In this document: positions 1 to 13,332 of the stretch, piece by piece
Position numbering within the stretch: position 1 is the first letter of the stretch
How the letters are laid out: the number at the start of each line of letters is the position of its first letter
Source of the DNA: Octopus vulgaris
Lineage: Eukaryota
Assembly: GCA_951406725.2 (NCBI GenBank)
Contig: OX597839.1
Span: forward strand, 38,998,001 to 39,062,000
Length of the DNA stretch: 64,000 nt
Direction: 5' to 3'
The notes under the pieces: model-generated
What the model was told of the DNA's origin: nothing
The model's input: the letters and a program-made list of their open reading frames with translations, nothing else
Databases searched by the model: none
Translations under genes and position numbers: made by a program

Positions 1-179
<179 letters not shown>

Positions 180-627
180 CATTAAACTGATAACCCTAGA
201 ATTGAAACCGGTTCTCTTTTAAGTTGTTCGGTAAAGCAAAGTTGAGATAAGTGATAAAAATTATAATAGCCATAGAGCTTATAATGTCGGCTGATGGCAG
301 TGTAGAAAGTTATCTTCAATGCAGGAGAGCGTATTGTCTGCATACACCTATATTGCATGATGTGGCGTATTTTTTTTTTCTTTTACATAAAATATCGTTG
401 TTTTTTTTCTGATTTTTTTTTTATCTCTTTTTAATTCATTCATATTTTTTATTTGTGTAACTTATCTCTCTCTCTTTCTTTCTCTCTCACTCTTTCATTT
501 TCATTCATTCTTCCTTTCTTTCTCTCTCTGTGAGTTTTTTTTTTTTACCTCCGACGTATTCTCGGTTTCAATAGAATAGAGTATATTGTCTACATACGTA
601 ATGCCGAAGATGGCATACACACCCACA

Positions 628-663
<36 letters not shown>

Positions 664-822
664 AAACTGCATATAGACGCATACAAACATAAATATAAAA
701 ATATACACATACGCACACATATATACATACAAATACAAACGCACGTATGTAGACACACACTTATATATAAACCCCTACAAATATCTACATACAAATATAT
801 ATACACCTACATATACACACAC

Positions 823-857
<35 letters not shown>

Positions 858-997
858 CATATATACATACATACATATATACATACATACAATACACACA
901 TATATATACACACAGGCTCCATATGTGTGTGTACTTTGATATACCTAGAACCACATTCTTTTCGTTCCTACTCCCTCATTCACTCATTCATCGCGTT

Positions 998-1032
<35 letters not shown>

Positions 1033-1371
1033 ATATATATCCTTCCTCCTCCTCTCTTTATCTCTCTCACTCCTCCTTTCTCCCTCGCACAGTCTAAAAC
1101 ACATTTTCAACACAGGAGAATGTATTGTCTAAACACATTACAGCATAAAATGTTCTTTTGAACATTTACCTGAAACTACGTTACTTTCCGTGTTCCTTCT
1201 TTCTTTCTTTCTTTCCTTTTTTCTTTCTTTCCTTCTTCATTCATTGCTTCTTTTTTCTTCATCTGTCTGTCTGTCTGTCTGTCTCTCTCTCAATCCCTTC
1301 TTTCTTTCAGTCCCCACTCCCGATATGCATTATCGCCTTGCATTTCTCTACACATCATCATTCAGTACTCC

Positions 1372-1416
<45 letters not shown>

Positions 1417-1766
1417 CACACACTATACATACATATACATACACACTTACTATACATGCTTATATGTGAGTATATATATATATATATATATAAATACACA
1501 CACACACACACATACACACATATATATTAAATATCTCACGTAATATATAATATATACAATAATATACAATACACTGTAATATCTCTAGTATAATATCTAA
1601 CAACCTCTGCTAAATTAACGGCCCACTTATTCTTTGTTTCCAAAATCTATTCCATCATATTTTCCGCCATTTCATTGTTTCTTATCACTGGAATATTATT
1701 TTATCATAAAAGACAAATAACAACAGAAGAACAATACCAAAAAATTACATAAAACACAAAAACACT

Positions 1767-1840
<74 letters not shown>

Positions 1841-2093
1841 GCAGGGTGGATGTATGTATACAAAGAGAAAACAAAGACACTCGTAAACAAAACAGGGCGA
1901 ATAAAAACATGTTTCCTGTTCCGTGTTTGCGTGTGTATATATACGTGTTTGAATGTCAGTTTCAGTATGTGTGCGCACATACATATATACGTAGATACAC
2001 ACACACGTATATATATATATATATATATATACATACATATCCATATCTATATATACACATACATATGTACAGACATATATACATAGATAGATA

Positions 2094-2137
<44 letters not shown>

Positions 2138-2219
2138 GGTCCCGGGTTGAGTCGGGGTTAACCACAGTAAATAAGGTACTCAATACATAGCAGAGTAAAT
2201 TAATTTATTTTATAGAAGG

Positions 2220-2270
2220 AGCTTCTACAGGACTAGAACTGTTTCATTCAAATGAAATCATCAGGAAGCC
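2220..2270 (-). ncRNA. Type I hammerhead ribozyme motif (complete core) in a ~140-bp island within (TA)n
   Basis: Minus strand reads ggcttc-CTGATGA-tttcatttgaat-GAAAC-ag-ttctagtc-ct-GTA-gaagct. Stem I GCTTC/GAAGC, stem II TTC/GAA, stem III ACAG/CTGT, GUA cleavage triplet. Confidence 0.8.
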
Positions 2271-2290
2271 AATGATATATATATATACAG

Positions 2291-2368
<78 letters not shown>

Positions 2369-2426
2369 CATATACATATCTATATATACACATACATATG
2401 TACAGACATATATACATAGATGGATA

Positions 2427-2464
<38 letters not shown>

Positions 2465-2588
2465 CATTTACATATATACACGTTGATACATATAAATCCA
2501 TATACATATAAATATACATACACATACACGCATACTGTGTATTTCGTAATACAAGTTGACCCTATAATTCTTAGCACAAAATTCCACG

Positions 2589-2667
2589 CCAGACCTTCCC
2601 TTCCATACCAGACCTTCTCTTCCATACCAGACCTTCTCTTCCATACCAGACCTTCTCTTCCATACCA
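2589..2667 (+). repeat. 19-bp minisatellite, 4 copies
   Basis: CCAGACCTTCTCTTCCATA x4 (first copy has one substitution). Confidence 0.95.
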
Positions 2668-3031
2668 CCAAACTTACGAGAAGCTATCTTGGTTTTCCTG
2701 TCATTGATAGATAGATGTCTTGAAGAAATTCTAGCTAAACTGTATATTATATCTACAACACAATACAGTACAGAACTGCAGAACACTTAGAAAATAGCTC
2801 AGTAAACCGTATTCATAGATGACTGTTTCCGCGCTGTTCTCACTGACGACATGGCTGTATGGTTGAGAAGCTCAATTTGCAGCCGCAGGGTTTTGCATTC
2901 AATCGCACTACAAGGCACCTTAGTCAAGTGTCATGTGCTTATTTCCAAACTTAAAGCAATGGTGTTTTTGTTCAAATTTATATGAAGGGTTGATAATGCT
3001 TGAGTATATTTTTGCATGGAGACTGTGGAAC

Positions 3032-3418
3032 TTTGGAAGCACACCGTCGGTTACGACGACGAGGGTTCCGGTTGATCCGAATCAACGGAACAGCCTGCTC
3101 GTGAAATTAACGTGTAAGTGGCTGAGCACTCCACAGACACGTGTACCCTTAACGTAGTTCTCGGGGATATTCAGCGTGACACAGAGAGTGACAAGGCCGG
3201 CCCTTTGAAATACAGGTACAACAGAAACAGGAAGTAAGAGTGAGAGAAAATTGTAGTGAAAGAGTACAGCAGGGATCACCACCATCCCCTGCCGGAGCCT
3301 CGTGGAGCTTTAGGTGTTTTCGCTCAATAAACACTCACAACGCCCGGTCTGGGAATCGAAACCGCAATCCTATGACCGCGAGTCCGCTGCCCTAACCACT
3401 GGGCCATTGCGTCTCCAC
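3032..3418 (-). mobile_element. Full-length tRNA-derived SINE, family A, with 14-bp TSD
   Basis: Minus-strand head GTGGAGACGCAATGGCCCAGTGGTTAGGGCAGCGGACTCGCGG...GGTTTCGATTCCC (Pol III A and B boxes). Direct repeat GGAGACTGTGGAAC at 3018-3031 and 3419-3432. Confidence 0.9.
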
Positions 3419-3631
3419 GGAGACTGTGGAACAGGCCCTCGGGGAAGTGAGGTTAAAACTGAGGAAGAAGGTTTGGTTTGGTTTGGAAGATACTTAAACC
3501 CTTTTTAACAAACGATCTCAAAACGTATCTGAAACAAAAACGAAACGAAACAAAAACCGTAACTTCAGGAATCCCTTGAGGAATTTTAACGTCTTTGTTT
3601 CATTCTTTCGATGTAAGACCAAATAAACATT

Positions 3632-4255
3632 TTAACCCTTCTGATACTAAACCCCCTGAGACCGCTCTTGGTTCTATGATAAACAAAACAAAAACAAACC
3701 CTTCTTATTTTAAGGCGACTTAAAATTAAAACCTTGCATTAAAAGTTTGAGTTAATTTACATTACAAATTTCAGTTTCTTCCTGTTTTAAAGTAATCTAA
3801 ATTAAAAACCTTCCTTCAAAGTTTTTTTCTTGATTCATGTTCCGAACATTAGCTTTATGATGACAGGTATTTCACTAAATTTTTCATTATTTTCAAAATT
3901 AATTGAAACAAAGCCAGTGTATTTCAACAGGAATGTTGTATCAAATGGGTAGAAGTCTTCTAAGGTAAAACCTTCAATCAAAATTTCATGTCAATTTATG
4001 TTCCAAACACCACCTTAATAACCACAAAGGTATTTTAATAGATTCTACACTATTTTCATAATTGACTGAAGCAAAGCCAGTGTATTTCAACTGAAATGTG
4101 GTAACAAGAGTGCTAAAGTGATCGAAATTAAAAACTTCCATAAAAAAACATGTTAATTAAGGTCCAAAGCATCACATCATTAGCGACAAAAATATTCAAA
4201 ATTAATTGAAACAAAGGAGTATATTTTAATGAAAATATGGTAACAAGAGGGTTAA
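3632..4255. mobile_element. TTAA-flanked (piggyBac-like) MITE with internally triplicated right part
   Basis: Begins TTAA-CCCTTCTGATAC and ends GTAACAAGAGGG-TTAA. A ~150-160 bp unit containing AATTGAAACAAAGCCAGTGTATTTCAAC recurs near 3900, 4060 and 4205. Confidence 0.6.
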
Positions 4256-4263
4256 CGACAATA

Positions 4264-4342
<79 letters not shown>

Positions 4343-4346
<4 letters not shown>

Positions 4347-4720
4347 TAGTATATTTTTTATAGCGTGCTTTCACTTCACTACCGAGCGCAGCTCTGTGTG
4401 CCTTGGGTATGTGCTGTGATTTGTTGTGATGCTCTGATGGTTATTGTATGGAAAGTGTTCTGCGTAGGATGTGTGCAGTGCCTAGTAGTGCAATTTTCTG
4501 TATGTTATATGTGTTTGTAAGTCCTGGTGTTTTTGTTATGTATTTGTCTGAATATTTTTTTATCATGCCTAATGCAACTATTATGATAGGAATTGTTTCT
4601 GTTTTTAGATTCCACATTCTGATTACCTCTATTTCCAGCTCTTTGTATTTTGAAAGTTTCTCCATTTCTTTTAGAGACACGTTGTCATCCGCCGGTATTG
4701 ATACATCAATTAGAAAGCAT
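4343..4720 (-). mobile_element. 3' end of an R4/Dong-like non-LTR retrotransposon (restriction-like endonuclease C-terminus plus 3' UTR)
   Basis: ORF 4441-4720 KCFLIDVSIPADDNVSLKEMEKLSKYKELEIEVIRMWNLKTETIPIIIVALG...QKIALLGTAHILRRTL* matches the RLE C-terminal pattern (ID..IP.D.N...E.EK..KY..L; P.I.GALG). Flanked by (TTA)n on both sides. Confidence 0.85.
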
Positions 4721-4749
4721 TTTATTATTATTATTATTATTATCATTAC

Positions 4750-4780
<31 letters not shown>

Positions 4781-5237
4781 GAGTGAGAGAACAGCGCATG
4801 CCATCAAAGTGACCCCGGGGTACAAATATACGGAGCCCAATATATCCATCATAACTACCGGTCTGATAAGGGTACACCAGGCACATGCATCACAACTATA
4901 TGTGCGTGGCATAGTGATTCCGTATCAAGATAAACAGCGCGTGACCTTGCAGGTGGGGCTCAGTTAGAATTTTCTTCAGGTAGAATAGTCCATCCTGCAC
5001 AAAAGGTCCATGTATAAAGTTTATTTAAAGATGATGGACGAAACATTCATGCTTCCAGATGTGACTTATTCAAACCTTAAAGAATTCCTCTCAACACATG
5101 ACTATGATACTCCCTCACTACCTCTGCTCATGATGAGGGATGCACATATCGTCAGCCACTAAGGGACATGCTCAAGTGGTTAAGGTCAAACAACTGACAA
5201 GCAAACCTGTGGTATTGAGCAGAATATTTGCTGTAGA
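4781..5237 (-). mobile_element. Unassigned non-coding element bounded by (TTA)n, probably the 3' part of a second TAA-associated retroelement
   Basis: Complex sequence between (TTA)n 4721-4780 and a short ATTATTATTA at 5237-5246; on the minus strand it ends in an (AAT)n tail. No recognisable ORF. Confidence 0.4.
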
Positions 5238-5538
5238 TTATTATTATCTTTTTTTTAGAAAGAATAAAAGGCAAAGTCGACCCGGGTGGTATTTGAACTC
5301 GGGACTCAAAAACGAACGAAATACCCCTAAGCTTTCTGCTAACGATTCTGTCACCTCACATCTTAAAAACTGATCTTACATCAGCGTATCTGTACTCAAG
5401 AAACTCTCAGTAACTTAAAAAGCACAACACTTCTGAAGAATATATGCTACGCGTTACCTTCGTCTGTAGACCACCTTCAGGGTTTGACAGCTACACGTAG
5501 AACATGCAAATCTTATATATTGACCAAAGTTATTATTA

Positions 5539-5583
<45 letters not shown>

Positions 5584-5600
5584 GTAAATAATTATACTTT

Positions 5601-6091
5601 TTCTTTTACTCGTTACAATCATTGGAGTGCAGCCATGCTGGAGCAGCACCTCAGAGGGTTTTAGTCGAAGAAATCGACCCAAGTACAAATATTCTTAAAA
5701 TCTGGTACTTATTCTATCGGTCTTTTTTTATTTTGCCAAACTGCTATATTACAAGGACGTCAATAAACCAACACCGGTTATCAAGCGGTGGGGGTGTCAG
5801 TCAAAAGACACACATACACACACATCTTTCTTTTATAGTTTATCTTTTATTTGCTTCAGTCATTAGACTTGCGGCCGTGCTGGAGCACCATCTTGAAGAA
5901 CTTTTAACCGAACGAATCGACTTCAGTATTTAACTCTTTAAAGCCCGGCACTTATTCTATCGGTCTCTTATGCCGAACCGCCAAGTTACGGGGTCGTAAG
6001 CACACCAACGTCGGCTGTAAAGCGGTGGTGCGAGACAAAAGCAGACGAAAACACACACACACACACACACACAAACACACACAAACACACA

Positions 6092-6137
<46 letters not shown>

Positions 6138-6299
6138 CCATACAACGTGCTATTTTCATTTTCAGTCTTCCATATTCGTTCATAGGGCTTTGACCGTCCC
6201 AGGGCCATAGATGAAGGCACTTGCGCCCAAGGTGCCATACAGTGGGACTGAACCAGAACATGTGTTCGGGAAGCAATTTTCTCACCACACAGCCACGCC
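5601..6299 (-). mobile_element. Two SINE family B copies (3' half 5601-5825; near full-length 5843-6299)
   Basis: Reverse complement of the 43759-44192 element: GGCGTGGCTGTGTGGTGAG...GGTTCAGTCCCACTG...CTTGGGCGCAAGTG; 3' module GGTGCTCCAGCAYGGCYGCA. Confidence 0.85.
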
Positions 6300-6520
6300 A
6301 CGAAACATGCAAATCTTCTACACTAACCAAATGTTAATGTTATTTCCCGTGAAACCCATTAACCATAAATACTTGTATTCGTGTGAATTCATTAATGTGC
6401 TGTCACGAAATTACGCAGATGACATGCGTCTGGTAATTGTCTCATTAGCTGCATGGCTTCAGTGTCTTTCCGGTCAGGCTTGCAGCTGGATGGGGGTCGT
6501 GGAGGTGGGAAGTACCGCGT

Positions 6521-6690
6521 ACTAAATGCTTAGTGGCATTTCGTCCGTCTTTGCATTCGGAATTCAAATTTCGCCTTTCATCCTTTCAGGGTAGATTAAA
6601 AATAGGTACCAGACGAACACTTGAGTCGATTACATCGACTCATCCCTCCACCCCTCAAAATTACTGGCCTTGTGCCAAAATTTGAAACAC
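6521..6690 (+). mobile_element. SINE family C, diverged and 5'-truncated
   Basis: AAATGCTTAG...GAATTCAAATT...GCCTTTCATCCTTTCAGGG...GGCCTTGTGCCAAAATTTGAAAC, matching other C copies. Confidence 0.8.
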
Positions 6691-6692
6691 AG

Positions 6693-7542
<850 letters not shown>

Positions 7543-7743
7543 CCTTTCTACTGGAAGCACAAGACCTGAAATTTTTGGGGAGGAATCTAGTCGATCATAT
7601 CGACCCCAGTGTGTAACTGGTACTTAATTCATCGACCCCGAAAGGATGAAAGGCAAAGTCGACATCGGTGGAATTTGAACTCAGAACGAACAGGTGAACG
7701 AAATACTGCTTAGCATCTCGCCAGGCGTGCCAACGTTTCTACC

Positions 7744-7792
<49 letters not shown>

Positions 7793-8022
7793 TATTATTA
7801 TTATTATTGTTTCAGATTTTTGCCACAAGGGCGGCTTGAGGGAGGTGGGGATGAGTCGATTACGTCGACCGCAGAGTTCAATTGGTACTTATTTTATCGA
7901 CCCCGAAAGGATGAAAGTCAAAGTCGAAGTCGCCAGAATTTGAAATCAGAATGTGAAGACGAACCAAACGCAGCTAAGCATTTTGTCCGGCGTGCTAACG
8001 ATTCTGTCAGCTCGCCGCCTTC

Positions 8023-8053
<31 letters not shown>

Positions 8054-8650
8054 GTTTAATATCATTATAAGCTTTATATCACAGAGAGAGAGAGAGAGAG
8101 AGAAGGGGAGAGAGAGAGAGAAGGGGAGAGAGAGTAAGAGGGAGATACATAAGGTGCAAGATGAGTGTCTAACACGCGTAAAATGTCGGAGTGATTGCAG
8201 AGCATCGCTAGATGAAGTGTCTTGCTCAAGAACTCAAACACTAGTAAATAATAATAGCAATAATCGTTCCTGCTATAGGCACTAGGCCCGAAGTTTGAGG
8301 GGAGGGGAAAAGTCGATAACATCGATCCCAGTGTTCAACTTGTACTTATTTTATCGACCCCCGAAAGGATGAAAGGTAAAGTCGACTTCAGCGGAATTTG
8401 AACTTAGAATATAAAGACGGACGAAATGCCGCTAAGCATTTAGTCCGGCGTGCTAATAATGATTCTGGCAAGCCTTTCTACTAAAGACACAAGGCCTGAA
8501 TTTTTTGAAGATGGGGCTGGTCGATTACATCGACCCTAAGTTTTCCCTGAGAGGATGAAACGCAAAAGTCGATCTCAGAATGTAAAGCCAAAAAAAGAAT
8601 GCAAAACATTTTGTCCGACGCACTAATGATTCCGACAACTCACCGCCATT
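7543..8650 (-). mobile_element. Cluster of four SINE family C copies
   Basis: The motif GGATGAAA(G)GCAAAGTCGA recurs near 7645, 7910, 8368 and 8553, with (AAT)n/(TTA)n spacers. Confidence 0.85.
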
Positions 8651-8957
8651 GGAAAAATAAATAGTAGCACACGAAAAGTTGTTCGATCGCTGGGTAGAAA
8701 CGGCAGAGTGCCACATTAAACACCTTACGGGGTTCAGTTACGTTGATTTTACTTTCCACGTTCGAATGCCATCGAAGTCGATTTGAGCTTTTATATCCTT
8801 TCTTCGTAATCGATGAGGAAATAATGGTCAAAGAATCGATCGATCAGCAATCGATTATAAAAACATCTCACCCGCCAATTTCTGACCTTCTCTACAAACT
8901 GACTTAACCCTCTTTTCTCATTTTTCTTCAAGGACACATCTTCCTTGAAACCTCTCA

Positions 8958-9145
8958 TACTTCTTCTTCTTCTTCTTCCTTTCTTCTTCTTCCTTTCTTC
9001 TTCTTCTCCTTCTTCTTCTTCTCCTTCTTCTTCTTCCTTTCTTCTTCTTCTTCTCATTCTTCTTCTTCTTCTTCTCCTCCTCCTCCTCTTCCTCCTCCTC
9101 CTTCTTCTTCTTCTCCTCCTCCTTCTCCTCCTCTTCCTCCTCCTC
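8958..9145. repeat. (CTT)n/(CCT)n polypyrimidine microsatellite
   Basis: Directly visible. Confidence 0.95.
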
Positions 9146-9339
9146 CACTCCTTTATCTCATCCCTCATTAGTCTTCTCCTCCTGTTTCTTCTTTTACTAT
9201 TCTTCCATCAAATCCTAAATTTCACTTCCTCCCCCTCATAACTAATCTTTACTCTTCTTTCCCCTCCTCCTCCTCCTCCTCCTCAGCATCATCATCACCG
9301 TCATCATCACCGTCATCATTATCGCAAACAAAAATAGTA

Positions 9340-9529
9340 GTGGTTAGTAACATCAATGGTAGTGGCAAATGTAGTAGTATTAGTAGCTGTAGTGATAACA
9401 GTAATAGTAATAAGAGCAGTAGTAACAGTAGTGGTAGTAGTAGAAGTTGTTGTTGTGGTGGTGGTGGTAATATTAGTATTAGTTGTAGCGGTGGTAGTAG
9501 TAGCGGTGATGGTAGTAGTAGTAGTAGTG

Positions 9530-9561
<32 letters not shown>

Positions 9562-9619
9562 TGTGATGGTGGTGGCAATATTAGTATTAGTTGTAGCGGT
9601 GGTAGTAGTAGCGGTGATG

Positions 9620-9657
<38 letters not shown>

Positions 9658-9828
9658 TGTGATGGTGGTGGCAATATTAGTATTAGTTGTAGCGGTGGTA
9701 GTAGTAGCGGTGATGGTAGTAGTAGTAGTAGTAGTAGTAGTAGTTGTGATGGTGGTGGCAATATTAGTATTAGTTGTAGCGGTGGTAGTAGTAGTAGTAG
9801 TGGTAGTAGTAGTAGTAGTAGTAGTAAC

Positions 9829-9869
<41 letters not shown>

Positions 9870-9888
9870 TAGTAGTAACAGTAGTAAC

Positions 9889-9924
<36 letters not shown>

Positions 9925-9962
9925 GGTGGTGGTAGTAGTAGAAGTAGTAGTAGTAGTAGTTG
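9340..9962. repeat. (GTA)n/(GGT)n tract with four copies of a higher-order unit
   Basis: GGTGGTGGYAATATTAGTATTAGTTGTAGCGGTGGTAGT recurs near 9460, 9568, 9664 and 9751, separated by variable (GTA)n. Confidence 0.9.
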
Positions 9963-10094
9963 TAGGATGGCCGTGATTGTGGTGATTTTTTTTTCTTGGT
10001 TCACAACTGTTTATTGTTGTTTTTGTCAGCGACAAGGTTTCTCCTTCTCCATCCTTCTCTCTCCCGGCATCACTTTCTCTGCGTCCCCCCGTCA

Positions 10095-10139
<45 letters not shown>

Positions 10140-10325
10140 CTCTCTCATTCTCTCCAATGCCACCACTCCTTGATCGGTTATCGATACCGTTATAGGATGT
10201 ATAGTTCGATGAAGAAGGAACCAGTTCGATTGAAAAGTTTTCACACCTCTTCTATTGTTGTTCTTTGAGCGGACGGCAGAACAATGATGGCTAATGAACA
10301 ACAACAACAACAACAGCTACTACTA

Positions 10326-10365
<40 letters not shown>

Positions 10366-11047
10366 GGTACTGCTGCTGCATTGACATCAACAACAATTAC
10401 AAAGCAGCCCCAAAACGAAGGCTATAAAAAATAAATCCAGGAACGGCATCGTTATATTATAGTCGTCATCATCATCATCACCACCACTAGCACACCATCA
10501 CTGCCATCATTATCAGCATCACTACACCATCACAAACACCAATATCAACATCATCATCACCAGCACCGTCAGCACCATCACTATCTTCTCCACCATCCTC
10601 ATCCCCATCCACCATCCCCCACATCACAATTATATTCATTATCGCCATCATCACCATCAACATAATAGTCGTCATCATCACTAACGCCGCTTTCTCCGCC
10701 ATCTTCATCATTATCATCATCATCATCATCATCATTGTCATCGTCATCGTCATCATCATCATCATCGTCATCATCATCATCATCGTCATCATCATCATCA
10801 TCATCATCATCATCGTCGTCATCAACACCACCACCACCATCAAAACTACAACCACAGTGATCGACATTGTCCTCATCACCTCCACCACATAATCATGGTA
10901 GTTAGTGGCTTCGGGTTCAGCCCCATTGCGCAGCAAACTAAACAAATGTCTTTTTGCTATAGCCTCAGGTGACCAATAACTCGTGAGCAGAATTTCACCC
11001 CTTCCACACACACACACACACACACACACACTGAATTTCTGTGGAAG

Positions 11048-11081
<34 letters not shown>

Positions 11082-11136
11082 GACACACTCATACACACAT
11101 ATATACATAAATACAAAGATATTTATATACTTATAT

Positions 11137-11217
<81 letters not shown>

Positions 11218-11794
11218 AAACCGATATGTGTGTGTGTGTATGTGTATATATATATGTATGAGCTGCTTATCACGCAAGTCGCATCACCTCTTTTTCTCTT
11301 TCCGTTAAACACACACACACACACACACACACCGCACACACATACAGGTATGAACACACACATACACCTACATAATGTTAGTGTCCTCGCCTGCTGTGCT
11401 GACATGTTCTTTGTTATTCTTCTTGTTCTCCTTCCTGTTTGGTATTCAGCTACAAAGATGCTGCGCAGTGACTTTGATAGAAACCTTCCAACTATATTCC
11501 TTTCTCGTACAATCAAAGCAAGGAACAGGTTTCCTTTATATCATCTATAACGTGTTGATAACACATTATAAAGAAATGCGTGAATATACTATTGTTTCAT
11601 GCGTTGAACGATGTATGAATGTAAAGTATGTTTGTATACACGCATGCACACACAGACACAAACACACACACACACACACACACACACTCAAACACACACA
11701 CACACTCACACAAACACACACACACTCACTCACACACACACACGCACACACTCACTCAAACACACACACACAGTCACTCACACACACACTCACT

Positions 11795-11842
<48 letters not shown>

Positions 11843-11930
11843 CTCTCTCAAACACACACACACACACTCACTCAAAAACACACACACACTCACACACACA
11901 CACACACACACATACACACGCACACACAGA

Positions 11931-12234
11931 TATTAGTATTTATGAGAAGCAACAGAGTAACACAAGGGTTGAGAATTTCTTGCGTGAGCGCTTATCAAAC
12001 TAATGCACAAAACTGTCGGCCCTTGAGTCACTCTGTTGCTTCTGCTAAATATGAATAATGCACACACACACACAGGCACACACACACAAACACACTAACA
12101 CACACATTAATATTTAGCAGAAGCAACAGAGTGACACAAGTGTTGAGAATTTTGTGCGTGAGCACTTATCGAACTAACGCACGAAACTCTCGGTGCTTGA
12201 GTCATTCTGTTGCTTGTGCTAAACATGAATAATG
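11931..12234. repeat. Two tandem copies of a ~130-bp palindromic element (11931-12060, 12105-12234)
   Basis: Arms ATATTTAGCAGAAGCAACAGAGTGACACAAG / CTTGAGTCACTCTGTTGCTTCTGCTAAATAT plus inner arms GAGAATTTTGTGCGTGAG / CTAACGCACGAAACTCTC. Confidence 0.85.
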
Positions 12235-12270
12235 CGTGTGCACCATCCCCACTCCCACACACACTGCTGA

Positions 12271-12605
12271 GACCCCCTTCGGTCATGACTGACTATGGGA
12301 TTGCACCTTGAAAGTTACCGTCCCAGACACAAGTCCGGGCAAGGTTGTTTATGAAAGACCAGCAGTCGCCCATGCATACCGGCTTTCCCTCTCCACGCCA
12401 CTGATGTTATCCAAAGAAAAGGCAAAGGGGCCGATACAGCTTGCCACCAGTGACATCGCAACTCATTTCTAAGGCTGAGTGAACTGGAGCAATGTGAAAT
12501 AAAGTGTCTTGCTCAAGAATACAACACGTAGCCCAGTCCGGAATTCGAACACACAACCTCATTTTCGTAAGCTCGACGCCCTAACCACTGAGCCATGCGC
12601 CTTCA
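12271..12605 (-). mobile_element. tRNA-derived SINE, family D (CORE-like central segment)
   Basis: Minus-strand head TGAAGGCGCATGGCTCAGTGGTTAGGGCGTCGAGCTTACG...GTTCGAATTCC followed by GTGTTGTATTCTTGAGCAAGACACTTTATTTCACATTGCTCCAGTTCACTCAGC. Confidence 0.8.
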
Positions 12606-12699
12606 CTCCCCTCCACACATATTCATATAGATATACACATGCTTTGACTGCTGTATGCATTGCCGAAGGCGCGTGACAATTTGGTTTCGGTCTTGCACT

Positions 12700-12972
12700 C
12701 ATGAAATAAGTACCAGTTACGCATTGGGGTCGATGTAATCGACTTAATCCGTTTGTCTGTCCTTGTTTGTCCTCTCTGTGTTTAGCCCCTAGTGGTTAGT
12801 AAAGAAATGGGTATTTCGTCTGTCTTTACGTTCTGAATTCAAATTTCGCCGAGGTCCACTTTGCCTTTCATCCTTTCGGGGTCGGTGAATTAAGTACCAG
12901 TTGCGTACTGGGGTTGATGTAATCGACTCGTCCCCTCCCCCAAAATGGCTGCCCTCGTGGCAAAGTTTGAAA
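12700..12972 (+). mobile_element. Two joined SINE family C fragments
   Basis: 3' part ending AAAGAAAT joined to GGTATTTCGTCTG of a second copy ending GGCAAAGTTTGAAAC. Confidence 0.85.
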
Positions 12973-12982
12973 CCATATTATG

Positions 12983-13014
<32 letters not shown>

Positions 13015-13070
13015 CATACATACATACATATACATACATACATACATACATACATACATACATACATACA

Positions 13071-13103
<33 letters not shown>

Positions 13104-13332
13104 CTGGCATCACTATTTGAAATCAATGAATAAAATTATTAAAAACGACACACGAATAACATCGACATTCATTGATTTGAACGTAATTCAAAAGGAAATT
13201 GTGGGGTGCAAGGAGCATCTATCGAGAATATTATGTAATAAATGATCGATTTAAATATATATATCAAGAGTGAGAGAGAAAGAGGGAGATGGAGAGGGAA
13301 AGATGGAGGGAGAGAGTGGGAAGGGGAGAGAG

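Noticed and set aside
9249-10173. 200-277 aa Ser/Thr/Val/Leu-rich ORFs resembling mucins
   Set aside because: Open in several frames on both strands, purely microsatellite-derived.
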